Shown one piece after another: positions 36,890 to 47,192 of a stretch of 64,000 nt of DNA. Source of the stretch: Bacillota bacterium (GTDB lineage: Bacteria; Bacillota; Clostridia; Lachnospirales; Lachnospiraceae); contig JAMPHT010000002.1 of NCBI GenBank assembly GCA_023663285.1, forward strand, positions 6,932-70,931, given 5' to 3'. A model generated the notes under the pieces. The model did no database searches and was not told where the DNA came from. It saw nothing but the letters and a program-made list of their open reading frames with translations. Position numbers and translations under genes: made by a program. Position 1 is the stretch's first letter. Every line of letters begins with the position of its first letter.

Positions 36890-37389
36890 TGATCATTGGC
36901 CGCAGATGACTGAAATCTGCCTCCCACTTTCCATAATTTAAAGATCTGCCCGTCATACAGTCTGTCATAGGGCCCCTCCGGGACAACGGACTGACTCTCC
37001 TTGAACACCAGCCTGTCCCCTTCCTTCTGAAAATACAGCACACTGTCAGAATCCGTGTAATCCAGTATCAACGTATCCCCGGACCACCGATAATGATCCT
37101 CTATGCCATCCCAGGGCTCCATCTGGCTGCTGGTAAGGCAGACAAAGTGAAACGTTCCATCCCTGTTGAGCTGCATTTGATAGCCGTAATAGCCTTCCAT
37201 ATATACCGGCGCAAAAAAGCTGGCGCGCCTGACAGTCCTTACGTATTCCTCCAGCGCCTCTGCTAAAGAGGCTTCCTGCTCCGCCGCCTTCCTGCCCTGC
37301 CGTAAAATCAAGCCTGTTGCCGCTGCCAACAGCACAACTGCAGCCAGTGCCCCGATCATGTAGATCCGTCCCTTGCCCTTCTGTTTCAT
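36886..37389 (-). CDS. Hypothetical protein with N-terminal membrane anchor
   Basis: AAGGAGG RBS; N-terminal TM; ATGA overlap with the NlpC/P60 gene. Confidence 0.75.
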   Translation of the reverse strand: MKQKGKGRIYMIGALAAVVLLAAATGLILRQGRKAAEQEASLAEALEEYVRTVRRASFFAPVYMEGYYGYQMQLNRDGTFHFVCLTSSQMEPWDGIEDHYRWSGDTLILDYTDSDSVLYFQKEGDRLVFKESQSVVPEGPYDRLYDGQIFKLWKVGGRFQSSAANDQ

Positions 37390-37409
37390 GCCGATACCTC
37401 CTTATTTTC

Positions 37410-37478
37410 ATTATAATTACCGGCGCGTTTTCTGTCAACAAAGCAAACATTGCAAATCTGCCGAAAAAGGGGTATACT
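37410..37478. promoter_or_regulatory. Back-to-back sigmaA promoters
   Basis: Minus: TTGACA-17-TATAAT (37438-37410); plus: TTGCAA-17-TATACT (37450-37478). Confidence 0.75.
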
Positions 37479-37509
37479 GTTACAAAACTCAATTTACAGG
37501 AGGCTTCCC

Positions 37510-37842
37510 ATGGGAAAGAAAAATGATTATGAAGACGAAGAAATGACCGTAGAGCTGGAGTTGGACGACGGCGCCAACGTAAACTGCGCCGTTATCACCA
37601 TCATTACAGTGGATTCCAGGGATTATATCGTCCTTCTCCCTTTGAATGAAGAGGGCGAAAACGAGGACGGAGAGGTCTGGTTTTACCGTTACAGCGAAAA
37701 TCCCGATGACCCTGACGAGGAACCTGTTCTGGACTATATTGAGGATGACGATGAATATGAAGCGGTGGCGGATGCCTTTGACGAGTATCTGGACAACTGC
37801 GAATTTGACGAACTTATTGAAGAGGACGGGGAGGAAGGCTGA
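37510..37842 (+). CDS. DUF1292 domain acidic protein
   Basis: AGGAGG RBS; [25 protein letters not shown]. Confidence 0.85.
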   Translation: MGKKNDYEDEEMTVELELDDGANVNCAVITIITVDSRDYIVLLPLNEEGENEDGEVWFYRYSENPDDPDEEPVLDYIEDDDEYEAVADAFDEYLDNCEFDELIEEDGEEG

Positions 37843-39800
37843 CGGCTGCTCCTAAGAGGATTCAGAAATCTTGAAGGAAGCCTGGGTCGGCGGCTGTCAC
37901 CGGTAAGGTACAGAAGCTCCAGGCTTTTTTTTGCCCTGGTCATTGCCACATAAAAGATCCGCCTCTCCTCCTCGATCTGTTCCCGTGTCTGCAGCTCGCC
38001 GCGGGGAAATATCCGTTCATTACAGTCCGGAATGATCACTCTTTCAAATTCCAGACCTTTTGCTCCATGCACCGTCATCAGGCACAGGGGTTCTCCATTA
38101 TCTGAATGTATCGGGCTCCTTTCGCCCTCTTCCACATAGAACTCCTGCGCCTCCGCCCAATCGCATACATTCCGAAAACGTTTGGCGTCCTCCTTCAGCC
38201 ACTCCACCGTCTCCTGCCACTCAGACAGCTTTTCCTGATTCCCCTTTGCCAGCGTCCGAAGATACCCCTCATAGCCCACCGCCTTCAGAATATACCTGAT
38301 TCCTAATGGCAGCGGCATATTCCGGAGGCTGTCCATCTGCCTCTGCAGACAGGACAGACGTTCCAGCATTTCCCACCTGTGTCCGGCTGCTCTTCCCGCT
38401 GCTGCACTTTTCCTTTCCCCTGGGGCTGCACCAAAGCCGGCGGTATATCCCCTTCTGTCCGTTTCCGGCATCCCGCTTTCCCTGTCCGGCCGTTCTCTGT
38501 AATATGCCTGCATTTCCGGAATCGTTCTGCCCTCTCCCACCGCCTCCCTGCTGATATATCTCACCGGCCTGTTGATGATGCGCAACAGATGTTCTCTCCT
38601 CCAGACGCCTTCTGCCAGCAGCAGATATGCCATAATATCCTTTACCACAAAATGCTCATAAATGTTTTTCCCCCGTTCCCGCATAAAGAAAGGGATCCCT
38701 GCGCCATGCATGGCCGCCGCCATTCTCTGCATACAGGAGTTGGTGCGAAACAAAACGGCGCATCTTTCGCCGCCCTTTTCATGATTCTGCCGCCACTCTG
38801 CCGTCTGCTGCAGCAGCCAGCCGGTCTGGGCCTCCCTGTCCTGAAAAGGTATAATATGCAGCCCTCCGGTCCTTCCCGCCCCTTCCACGGACTCCGCCGC
38901 CCTGAGCGCCTTGGGGAATCTGTCCTGATTTTCCCGAATCACCGCCAGGGAGGCATTGACAATTTCCGCCGTACAGCGGTAATTCACGTCCAGCAAAAGC
39001 CGCTTTGCCCGGAAATCCTTCTCAAACCGCCGCAGAATATCCGGTCTGGCCCCCCGGAAGCCATATATGGACTGATCGTCGTCCCCCACAGCAAACAGGT
39101 TACAGGGCTTCCCTGCCAAAAGCCGAATGATCTCATACTGCATGGGATTACAGTCCTGAAATTCGTCGATAAGGATATGCCGAAACCGCTCCTGCCAGCT
39201 GCGCCGTATCCCCGGATCCCCCTCCAGGAGCCTGCGGCATTCATACAGCATATCGTCAAAATCCACCGCTCCTGCCTCCCGTACCGCCTCCGTATAGGAC
39301 GTAAAAATTTCCCCGAAACGCTCTCCCCAGCCGGTGGGCATTTCGGATACTGCCCTTTCCCTGTCCGCCGTGTTCTTATAAAGGCTCACTGCAGCCAGTA
39401 TTTTGACGGATTCTTCCGAGAGATCCGAGTTCGTCTGTAAGCGCTTCAGAATGGAAAGCATTATTTTTTTACGTTGGGAATCATTGAGCAGCTGTAGATT
39501 ACGGGTTCCGCCGGATTCCAGCAAAATGTGATAGAAAACAGAATGAAAGGTTCCGAAATGAACAGGGAAAAAACCATGGGACAGCTGCCGGAAACGGCTC
39601 TGCATGGCCGCCGCGGCATCCTTTGTAAAGGTGATGACAAGAATTTCTTCCGGGGGAACGCCCCGCTCCAGAAGGTACAGAATCCGTTTTGTGATGGTGA
39701 AGGTCTTTCCGGAGCCGGGGCCCGCCAGCAAAAGCAGCGGCCCCTCCTCCCAGGCGACAGCCCTGCGCTGCGCCTCATTCAGGTCGTTCATATCAAGCAT
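37734..39800 (-). CDS. UvrD/PcrA-family ATP-dependent helicase
   Basis: [56 protein letters not shown]. Confidence 0.93.
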   Translation of the reverse strand: MLDMNDLNEAQRRAVAWEEGPLLLLAGPGSGKTFTITKRILYLLERGVPPEEILVITFTKDAAAAMQSRFRQLSHGFFPVHFGTFHSVFYHILLESGGTRNLQLLNDSQRKKIMLSILKRLQTNSDLSEESVKILAAVSLYKNTADRERAVSEMPTGWGERFGEIFTSYTEAVREAGAVDFDDMLYECRRLLEGDPGIRRSWQERFRHILIDEFQDCNPMQYEIIRLLAGKPCNLFAVGDDDQSIYGFRGARPDILRRFEKDFRAKRLLLDVNYRCTAEIVNASLAVIRENQDRFPKALRAAESVEGAGRTGGLHIIPFQDREAQTGWLLQQTAEWRQNHEKGGERCAVLFRTNSCMQRMAAAMHGAGIPFFMRERGKNIYEHFVVKDIMAYLLLAEGVWRREHLLRIINRPVRYISREAVGEGRTIPEMQAYYRERPDRESGMPETDRRGYTAGFGAAPGERKSAAAGRAAGHRWEMLERLSCLQRQMDSLRNMPLPLGIRYILKAVGYEGYLRTLAKGNQEKLSEWQETVEWLKEDAKRFRNVCDWAEAQEFYVEEGERSPIHSDNGEPLCLMTVHGAKGLEFERVIIPDCNERIFPRGELQTREQIEEERRIFYVAMTRAKKSLELLYLTGDSRRPRLPSRFLNPLRSSRQPSSPSSSISSSNSQLSRYSSKASATASYSSSSSI

Positions 39801-41247
39801 TGGCAAGTTTTTCAATTCCTCTCCTGATTCTCTTTAAGACCTCCTCTTTTCCAAGCACCTCCATGATCTCGGTGGCGCCTGCAGGGGTCATCTGTTTCCC
39901 GGAAACGGCGGTGCGGACAGGCCACATTACATAGCCGTTCTTAACCCCTCTTTCCTCCACATACCTTAACAGCAGCTGATACAGGCCGTCGTTGCTGTAA
40001 TCCTCCTGGGCCTCCAGCAGAGGCAGCACATCCTGAAGTACCTGGAGGGACGAATCCCTGTCAGTTTTCATTTTCTTATGGGTGTACATTTCCACATCAT
40101 ATTCCGGCAGTTCCTGAAAGAAATCCACATGATCCGCAATATCCGGAAACACCTCGATACGGGTCTTGACCATATTGGCGATCTTCTTCAGATCAAACTC
40201 CTTTGTCAGCGTCTTTTTCAGATAAGGCTCCGTCATCTCATAAAAGGCGTCAAAATCCATGGCCTTGATATATTCGCCGTTCATCCAGCGCAGCTTTACA
40301 ATATCAAAAACAGCAGGGGACTTGCTGATCCTGTGATAATCAAACTTACTGATCAACTCCTCCAGGCTGAAGATCTCACGGTTCTCCTCCGGGGACCAGC
40401 CTAAGAGCGCAATATAGTTTACCACAGCCTCCGCCACAAAGCCCTGCTCCATCAGATCCTCAAAGGAGGCATGGCCGCTTCGCTTTGACAGCTTCTTGTG
40501 ATTCTCGTCGGTGATCAGGGGAAGATGCACATACACGGGGCTCTGCCAGCCAAAAGCGTCATACAGGCGCTGGTATTTGGGGGAGGAGGAAAGATACTCA
40601 TTTCCCCGGACCACATGGGTGATGTTCATGGTATGGTCATCCACCACGTTAGCAAAATTATAAGTGGGATAACCGTCCGATTTGATCAGTATCATATCGT
40701 CCAGCTCCGCATTCTCCACCGTAATATCGCCGTAAAGCTCGTCATGGAAGGTGGTGCTTCCCTGAGTGGGATTATTCTGCCGGATGACGAAGGGCTTTCC
40801 CGCCGCCAGATTTGCCTGCACCTCCTCTTTTGACAGCTGCAGACAATGCTTGTCATAAACGGTGATCTCCTTGCCCTCCACCACCTCCGTCTTTAAGGAT
40901 GCCAGCCGCTCCCTGTCGCAGAAGCAGTAATAGGCTTCGCCCCTGTCGATCAGTTCTCTGGCATACTTCATGTAGATGCCGGTTTTCATCCGTTCACTCT
41001 GGACATAGGGGCCGTATCCGCCATCCTTATCCGGACCCTCGTCATGTACCAGTCCCGTCTTTTCCAGGGTGCGGTATATGATCTCCGTAGCTCCCTCCAC
41101 AAAACGCTCCTGGTCCGTGTCCTCAATGCGGAGCATAAAGTCTCCGCCCGCGTGCTTTGCAATCAAAAATTCATACAATGCGGACCTTAAATTTCCCACG
41201 TGCATTTTCCCCGTGGGACTGGGCGCATACCTTGTCCTTATTTTCAT
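39793..41247 (-). CDS. gltX: Glutamate--tRNA ligase
   Basis: [17 protein letters not shown]. Confidence 0.98.
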   Translation of the reverse strand: MKIRTRYAPSPTGKMHVGNLRSALYEFLIAKHAGGDFMLRIEDTDQERFVEGATEIIYRTLEKTGLVHDEGPDKDGGYGPYVQSERMKTGIYMKYARELIDRGEAYYCFCDRERLASLKTEVVEGKEITVYDKHCLQLSKEEVQANLAAGKPFVIRQNNPTQGSTTFHDELYGDITVENAELDDMILIKSDGYPTYNFANVVDDHTMNITHVVRGNEYLSSSPKYQRLYDAFGWQSPVYVHLPLITDENHKKLSKRSGHASFEDLMEQGFVAEAVVNYIALLGWSPEENREIFSLEELISKFDYHRISKSPAVFDIVKLRWMNGEYIKAMDFDAFYEMTEPYLKKTLTKEFDLKKIANMVKTRIEVFPDIADHVDFFQELPEYDVEMYTHKKMKTDRDSSLQVLQDVLPLLEAQEDYSNDGLYQLLLRYVEERGVKNGYVMWPVRTAVSGKQMTPAGATEIMEVLGKEEVLKRIRRGIEKLANA

Positions 41248-41340
41248 ACTCCATACCTCTTTCCAAAATATAACAAAATTTTCTGTTATTTTATAAAACA
41301 GACATTACCCGCTTACGAAATTTGCTGCCCAAACCCGTTG

Positions 41341-41424
41341 AAAGAATCGCATAGCGATTCTTTTAGGAGCGACTTAGTTTTTCTTAGACATTGTACCTTA
41401 ATGTCTTAGAAAAACTTCGCTCCT
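41341..41424. repeat. Two-hairpin palindromic element (CTTAG family), copy 1
   Basis: AAAGAATCGC-ata-GCGATTCTTT, then AGGAGCGA-CTTAG-TTTTT-CTTAG-ACATT-gtacctt-AATGT-CTTAG-AAAAA-CT-TCGCTCCT. Confidence 0.75.
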
Positions 41425-41426
41425 TG

Positions 41427-41978
41427 TTACCAGCTCTTGATAAACATATTGATATAATTATCCAGGCACTTTTTGATGACCTCTATGGCCTCCTCCCGGC
41501 TGCCCTGCTCGTTTACGGCAGTGGTCTTATTCTCCAGGCTCTTATACACCGTAAAGAAGTGTTCCATTTCCTGTACCACATGGATCGGCAGCTCTGAAAT
41601 ATCATTATAGCTGTTATAATAAGGGTCATTGAAAGGAACCGCTATGATCTTTTCATCATTTTTGCCGCTGTCCAGCATGGAAATGACGCCTATGGGGTAT
41701 GCCCGCACCAGGGTCAGCGGCTGTACAGGCTCCGAACATAAGAGCAGCACATCCAGCGGGTCTCCGTCATCCCCGTATGTACGGGGTATAAAACCGTAAT
41801 TTGCGGGATAATGGGTGGATGTGTGCAAAATGCGATCCAGTATCAGGAATCCCGTCTCCTTGTCAAGCTCATATTTGTTTTTACTTCCCTTTGCAATCTC
41901 GATCACACAGATAAAATCCGTGGGGGTCACTCTCTGAGTACTGATACTGTGCCAGATGCTCCCGTTTACTTCCTTCAT
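41427..41978 (-). CDS. ppa: Inorganic pyrophosphatase (family I)
   Basis: KNKYE, YPANYGFIPRT, DGDPLDV, DEKII. Confidence 0.96.
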   Translation of the reverse strand: MKEVNGSIWHSISTQRVTPTDFICVIEIAKGSKNKYELDKETGFLILDRILHTSTHYPANYGFIPRTYGDDGDPLDVLLLCSEPVQPLTLVRAYPIGVISMLDSGKNDEKIIAVPFNDPYYNSYNDISELPIHVVQEMEHFFTVYKSLENKTTAVNEQGSREEAIEVIKKCLDNYINMFIKSW

Positions 41979-42075
41979 ATGTTTTCCTCCCCTGCCGCGC
42001 TTTTTGACTTTTCGGCAGTCCAATTTTTACATGATGTAAGTGTAGTGCAAAAGCAGGAAATTTGTCAAGAAGCAG

Positions 42076-43323
42076 TTATCCCCTGACCTGCCCGTTTCCG
42101 TAGATCGTATATTTATAGGAGGTCAGCTCCTTCAGCCCCATAGGGCCTCTCGCGTGCAGCTTCTGGGTACTGATACCGATCTCCGCCCCAAAGCCAAACT
42201 CAAATCCATCCGTAAACCGGGTGGATGCGTTCCAGTAAACGCAGGCGGCATCGATCTCATTCAAAAACCGTTCCGCCGCCTGACTGTTCTTCGTGACAAT
42301 ACACTCGGAATGACCTGTGCCGTACCGGTTGATGTGCTGAATAGCTTCCTCCAGGGAATCCACGGTCTTAAGAGACAATATATAATCAAGATATTCCCTT
42401 CCATAGTCCTCCTCCGTGGCAGGACTACAGTCAGACAGCACCTGCTGCGCCCGCTCATCCCCCCGCAGCTCCACATTTTTCGGGGCAAGGATCTCCGCCA
42501 GCTTCGGCAGGAACGCCCGGCTCACCGCGCTGTGAACTACCAGAGATTCACAGGCATTGCAGACTCCGATCCTCTGGGTCTTGGCATTATAAACGATCCG
42601 GGCTGCCTGCTCTATATCCGCGTCTTTATCCACATATACATGACAATTGCCTGTGCCTGTCTCAATGACAGGGATAGTGCTGTTCTCCACCACGCTCCTG
42701 ATGAGTCCTGCGCTCCCCCTGGGAATCAGCAGGTCAACATAGGCTTTCAGCTTCATAAATTCCACGGTCACTGCCCTGTCCGTATCCTCAATGAGCTGAA
42801 GAACATCCCCCGGTATCCCACAGGCCTCCAGGGCGCTCCGAAGGGTATTCACGATCTTCCCGTTGGAATAAAGGGCGTCGCTGCCTCCCTTTAGGATAAC
42901 GGCATTTCCCGCCTTAAAGCAAAGCCCAAAGGCATCCGCCGTCACATTAGGTCTCGCTTCGTAAATAATCCCGATAACCCCTATGGGGACGCGAACCTTC
43001 CTGATCTTCAGCCCGTTGGGACGCTGAAGCTCCTCCATCACCTCACCGATGCAGTCCGGCAGTCCGGCGATCTGCCGCAGCCCCTCGGCCATAGCGCCGA
43101 TTCGTTCCGGCGTCAGCCGCAGCCTGTCCTGCATTCCGGGATTCATGCCGTTTTTCACGGCGTTTTCCATATCCCGCCTATTTGCCTTAAGAATTTCTTC
43201 CGTTCCGGCTTCCAATGCCTCCGCCGCCGCCAGAAGTCCCCTGTTCCTCTCCTCTGGGGTCAGCTTCTGCAGAACGTGCTTCACTGCCGCCGCTCTCATA
43301 CCCATAGCTGCCAAATCTGTCAT
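42076..43323 (-). CDS. proA: Gamma-glutamyl phosphate reductase
   Basis: [37 protein letters not shown]; start ATG 43323. Confidence 0.97.
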   Translation of the reverse strand: MTDLAAMGMRAAAVKHVLQKLTPEERNRGLLAAAEALEAGTEEILKANRRDMENAVKNGMNPGMQDRLRLTPERIGAMAEGLRQIAGLPDCIGEVMEELQRPNGLKIRKVRVPIGVIGIIYEARPNVTADAFGLCFKAGNAVILKGGSDALYSNGKIVNTLRSALEACGIPGDVLQLIEDTDRAVTVEFMKLKAYVDLLIPRGSAGLIRSVVENSTIPVIETGTGNCHVYVDKDADIEQAARIVYNAKTQRIGVCNACESLVVHSAVSRAFLPKLAEILAPKNVELRGDERAQQVLSDCSPATEEDYGREYLDYILSLKTVDSLEEAIQHINRYGTGHSECIVTKNSQAAERFLNEIDAACVYWNASTRFTDGFEFGFGAEIGISTQKLHARGPMGLKELTSYKYTIYGNGQVRG

Positions 43324-43340
43324 TTTCCCTCTTTTCCGCG

Positions 43341-43497
43341 CGCCTATCCTTATCTCTCCGCGCATATCCTCATTTCCCCACGCCTTCCCTTATCTCTGCT
43401 CACATATCCTCATTTCCCCACGCCTTCCCTTATCTCTGCTCACATATCCTCATTTCCCCACGCCTTCCCTTATCTCTGCTCACATATCCTTATTTCC
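43341..43497. repeat. 40-bp tandem repeat (3 exact copies plus partial flanks) upstream of proA
   Basis: catatcctcatttccccacgccttcccttatctctgctca at 43363, 43403 and 43443. Confidence 0.95.
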
Positions 43498-43606
43498 GCC
43501 TTCCCTTAACGTCCCGCCTGCATATCTCAAGCATACCGCCGCTTCGCATAACAGTCTATGATATATGCCTTTTCAATACCTACTGTTATGCACCGTCTGA
43601 CTCAGA

Positions 43607-44170
43607 TTACATACATATCACCTGGCAGGGTCTGATGTCATGCTCCCCACATGGTATCTCACTCACCATCTGGCACCTGAATCCCACCCCGATAGTCTTA
43701 AGCTGCAGTGCCGGTTTATCTGACAGATACCTGTCATAAAAGCCTCTGCCATAACCGATACGATTTCTGGATCTGTCAAAGGCAACGCCCGGCATCAGCA
43801 GCAGAACCCCCTCCGTTTCCGACTCATTGTATTGGTACGCTTCAGCTTCCGCAGCCGGCTCCGGAATGCCTCTGTATCCGGGCTTTATATCCTCCCAGGC
43901 ATCTATCCGCAGAAACGCCATCCTGCCTTCCGCCTCATTCGTAACTCTGGGCAGATATACTTCCTTTCCCAGACGGAGCGCCTCTCTTAAGATTTCCTCC
44001 GTATCGATTTCGCTTCCATAGCCCACAAAGCCCAGCAGCGTACCTGAATGATAGAACCACTGATGCCCCAATATACGCTCTGTCAGCAGCACTCTGGCGC
44101 GTTCCCGCTCCTCCGCGCTTAAAGCTTTCCGAAGGGCCAGCACCTGCCGCCTGATTTCATCCTTGTCCAT
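43607..44170 (-). CDS. 5-formyltetrahydrofolate cyclo-ligase
   Basis: SEIDT, YLPRV, MPGVAFD..RIGYGRGFYDRYL. Confidence 0.94.
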   Translation of the reverse strand: MDKDEIRRQVLALRKALSAEERERARVLLTERILGHQWFYHSGTLLGFVGYGSEIDTEEILREALRLGKEVYLPRVTNEAEGRMAFLRIDAWEDIKPGYRGIPEPAAEAEAYQYNESETEGVLLLMPGVAFDRSRNRIGYGRGFYDRYLSDKPALQLKTIGVGFRCQMVSEIPCGEHDIRPCQVICM

Positions 44171-44387
44171 GCCGTCCGCCTGCCTCCGAAGCCTTCACCA
44201 CACTGCCGTCCGGTTTTTCGATGTAAAGGTTGTCAAGCTGGCTCCGCAGATTATTTCTGACGCTTGCCGCATATTCCTTCCGCAGCCTTCCCTGCTCCTC
44301 CTTCTCATCCTCCGTAAGGCCCTCCGCCTGGGACTTATGATAGAGCTCATTGATACGGGCGATCCTCTCATCCATGTTCATATTCAT
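44157..44387 (-). CDS. DUF896 (YnzC-like) protein
   Basis: IARINELYHKS..GLTEDEKEEQ..LRKEY. Confidence 0.9.
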   Translation of the reverse strand: MNMNMDERIARINELYHKSQAEGLTEDEKEEQGRLRKEYAASVRNNLRSQLDNLYIEKPDGSVVKASEAGGRHGQG

Positions 44388-44425
44388 ACCCCTCTGTATA
44401 CTTACCGTCATACCGCCGCAGGACC

Positions 44426-44533
44426 GGAAGAATCCGCTTGCGGATTCTTCCCGGAATGACTTAGATTTTCTTAGGTCGGGTCCAAAGAGGTGGGTACACC
44501 ACCTCTTTCTGACCTTAGAAAATCTTCATTCCG
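44426..44533. repeat. Palindromic element (CTTAG family), copy 2, overlapping the proB stop codon
   Basis: GGAAGAATCCGC-tt-GCGGATTCTTCC, then CGGAATGA-CTTAG-ATTTT-CTTAG-GTC...gtaca...GAC-CTTAG-AAAAT-CT-TCATTCCG. Confidence 0.75.
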
Positions 44534-45405
44534 TTCACACTTTTATGCAGATTGCTGACAAAGCCGGACAAATCAAAGTTTTCATCCTTTTTTGCCACAA
44601 ACAAAGTCCCTTCCTTTTCACCTGCCAGCAGTCTGTGCAGCACTCCAATATCCGCGCTGTTGGCTATGATCATGTCCGCTCCGGCTTTTGTGGCGATCCG
44701 GGCCGCCGCAAGCTTCGTATTCATTCCGCCGGTGCCCACACTGCTGCCTGTGGTAGCCTTTCCCATACCCATCAGTTCATCCGTCAGCTCATCCACCTGC
44801 TCGATAAACTCAGCGTCCGCGTTCTTTCTGGGATCGTCGGTATACAGGCCGTCGATATCGGACAGCAGGATCAGCAGATCCGCCTCCACCAGCGCTGCCA
44901 CAATAGCGGAAAGGGTATCGTTGTCTCCAAACTCGATCTCAAAGGTGGTGATCGTGTCATTCTCATTCACAATGGGGATGGCTCCCAGCTTTAAAAGCTC
45001 CGTAAAGGTGTTATGTGCATTGTATCTGTTCAGATTGTCCACAATGGTATTTTTTGTCATCAGGATCTGGGCCGCCACCTGATTATACTCTGCAAACAGC
45101 CGCTGATAGGTCATCATCAGCCGGGCCTGTCCCACGGCGGAGCATGCCTGCTTTACCGCCAGCGACTCCGCCGCGCTGTCCACACGCACATCTTTTAGGT
45201 TCACCACATTTTTCCCGGCAGCAATGGCTCCTGACGAAACAAGCACTACCTCTTTCCCCTGATTCCTGATGTCGCTGAGCTCCCGCACCAGCTTTTCCAT
45301 ACGGATATAGTCCATGTCCCCCGTCTCTTTATGAGTCAGGGATGAGGAACCTATTTTCACTACGATCCTCTTTTTGTCCTTCAGTGATTCTCTTAAACCG
45401 CTCAT
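44515..45405 (-). CDS. proB: Glutamate 5-kinase
   Basis: VVKIGSSSL, VSSGAIAAG, NENDT, FGDNDTLSA, GTGGMNTK. Confidence 0.97.
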   Translation of the reverse strand: MSGLRESLKDKKRIVVKIGSSSLTHKETGDMDYIRMEKLVRELSDIRNQGKEVVLVSSGAIAAGKNVVNLKDVRVDSAAESLAVKQACSAVGQARLMMTYQRLFAEYNQVAAQILMTKNTIVDNLNRYNAHNTFTELLKLGAIPIVNENDTITTFEIEFGDNDTLSAIVAALVEADLLILLSDIDGLYTDDPRKNADAEFIEQVDELTDELMGMGKATTGSSVGTGGMNTKLAAARIATKAGADMIIANSADIGVLHRLLAGEKEGTLFVAKKDENFDLSGFVSNLHKSVNGMKIF

Positions 45406-45470
45406 TTTTCTCCTCTTCCTGTGGGCGCTGCAAAAACAATTCTATCATGAAATCCGTCGGCTTTCAACTT

Positions 45471-47138
45471 TCAATATTCATCTGCCGCGATTCGCTCCGC
45501 CACCCGCAGCCCGTCCATGGCTGCAGAGGTGATGCCTCCCGCATAGCCCGCTCCCTCTCCGCAAGGATACAGGCCCCTGACTGCAGACTGCAATGTCTCA
45601 TCCCTGCTTATCCGCACCGGCGAGGAGGTCCTGCTCTCCACCCCAAGGAGGATCGCATCCGGCCTGTCAAAGCCCCGGATCTGCTTTCCGAAGCTTTCCA
45701 TACCGTCGATAAATGCCTCGCTGCATTCCGCAGGAAGAAGCCCGCTCAAGTCAGCCCAGACATACTCCCCCTTGCACTGGGGCTCTATCGGACTTTCCCC
45801 CTCCGGCAGCGTGCGCTCCGGCCGGATATGCTCCGACAGGCTGCTGTCCGGCGCTGCATCCGGCTGCCCCGTTCCTGCTTTTCCCTCCACAAGCTTCTTA
45901 AATTCTCCGTACCGCTGAACCGGGATCTTACCCTGTCCAAGTTCAAATGCCTTTTCCTCCAGCCTTCTCTGAAAAGCCACTCCCGCCAGGGGATGCCCGG
46001 AGCCGAAATCATCCGGTGTCACTGCAACGATCACCGCGCTGTTGGCGTTTACGCCGTTTCTCCCGCTGTAGCTCATGCCGTTTACCGCAGTCCGTCCTTC
46101 CTCTGAGGAGGCGTTCACCACATACCCGCCGGGGCACATACAGAAGGAGTAAACGCCTCTGCCGTTTCTGCCCTTAGCCGTCACCTTGTAGGGCGCCGCC
46201 CCCAGACTGCCGGGGTCCTTCATTCCGTACTGGCTCTCGTTTATCATGGACTGGGGATGCTCCACCCGAAGCCCCACCGCAAAAGCCTTAGCCTCCATAG
46301 GTATTTTTCTTTCATACAGCATGGAAAAGGTGTCTCTGGCGCTGTGACCGATGGCAAGGACAAGCTGGCTGCAGGCAAGGTGCTCATCTTTGTTTATCAC
46401 AACGCCCGCCACCCTTCCAGCCTGAATTTCAATGTCTGTCACCCTGCTTTGGAACCGCACCTCACCTCCCAGCCGCACGATCTCATTTCGCAGATTCCGC
46501 ACCACCTTCTGCAGCACATCTGTCCCGATGTGGGGCTTTGCCTCGTAACAGATGCTTTCCTTTGCGCCAAACCTTACCAATGTCTCCAGTACCGCTCCGT
46601 TCCTGCCCTCCCTGTCCTTCACCAGGGTATTCAGCTTGCCGTCGGAAAAAGTACCGGCACCTCCCTCTCCAAACTGCACATTGGATTCCGTATCCAGGCG
46701 TCCGGTCTCCCAGAACTCCTCCACATCCTTCTGGCGCTCTTCCACGCATTTCCCCCGTTCCAACAGAATGGGACGGTATCCGTTAAGCGCCAGGAAATAA
46801 CCGCAGAATAAGCCCGCCGGCCCCATTCCCACGATCACCGGAGGCTGCTCTCCACGCCTTTTCCCCGGCTTTGGAAAAACATAGGAAACCGGCGGCTGCA
46901 GGCTGACCTGATTTTCTCTGCCCTTGAACCTCTGTAATATCCTGTCCTCATTTTTGACCGTTATATCCAGAGAATAGCTGTAAAAAATCTCCGGCTTGCG
47001 CCTTGCGTCTACGGACTGCCGCACGATTTTCATCTTAAGGATCTCCCGCACCGGAATATGCAGCAGTTCCGCCGCCTTTTTCCGCAGCTGTTCCTCTGTA
47101 TGCTCTGTTCTTATTTTTACCTGATTCACCCGTAACAT
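45471..47138 (-). CDS. Uncharacterised FAD-dependent oxidoreductase
   Basis: GMGPAG, FGEGGAGTFSDGKL, FCMCPGG, GEGAGYAGGI. Confidence 0.9.
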   Translation of the reverse strand: MLRVNQVKIRTEHTEEQLRKKAAELLHIPVREILKMKIVRQSVDARRKPEIFYSYSLDITVKNEDRILQRFKGRENQVSLQPPVSYVFPKPGKRRGEQPPVIVGMGPAGLFCGYFLALNGYRPILLERGKCVEERQKDVEEFWETGRLDTESNVQFGEGGAGTFSDGKLNTLVKDREGRNGAVLETLVRFGAKESICYEAKPHIGTDVLQKVVRNLRNEIVRLGGEVRFQSRVTDIEIQAGRVAGVVINKDEHLACSQLVLAIGHSARDTFSMLYERKIPMEAKAFAVGLRVEHPQSMINESQYGMKDPGSLGAAPYKVTAKGRNGRGVYSFCMCPGGYVVNASSEEGRTAVNGMSYSGRNGVNANSAVIVAVTPDDFGSGHPLAGVAFQRRLEEKAFELGQGKIPVQRYGEFKKLVEGKAGTGQPDAAPDSSLSEHIRPERTLPEGESPIEPQCKGEYVWADLSGLLPAECSEAFIDGMESFGKQIRGFDRPDAILLGVESRTSSPVRISRDETLQSAVRGLYPCGEGAGYAGGITSAAMDGLRVAERIAADEY

Positions 47139-47192
47139 GATTCTTTTATCCCCTTCCGACGCTGCCGGCCTGATACTCCGCTGCCTGCGGAA

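Noticed and set aside
43341-43497. Regular repeats as a CRISPR array
   Set aside because: The units are contiguous and identical, with no unique spacers and no cas genes; this is a VNTR.
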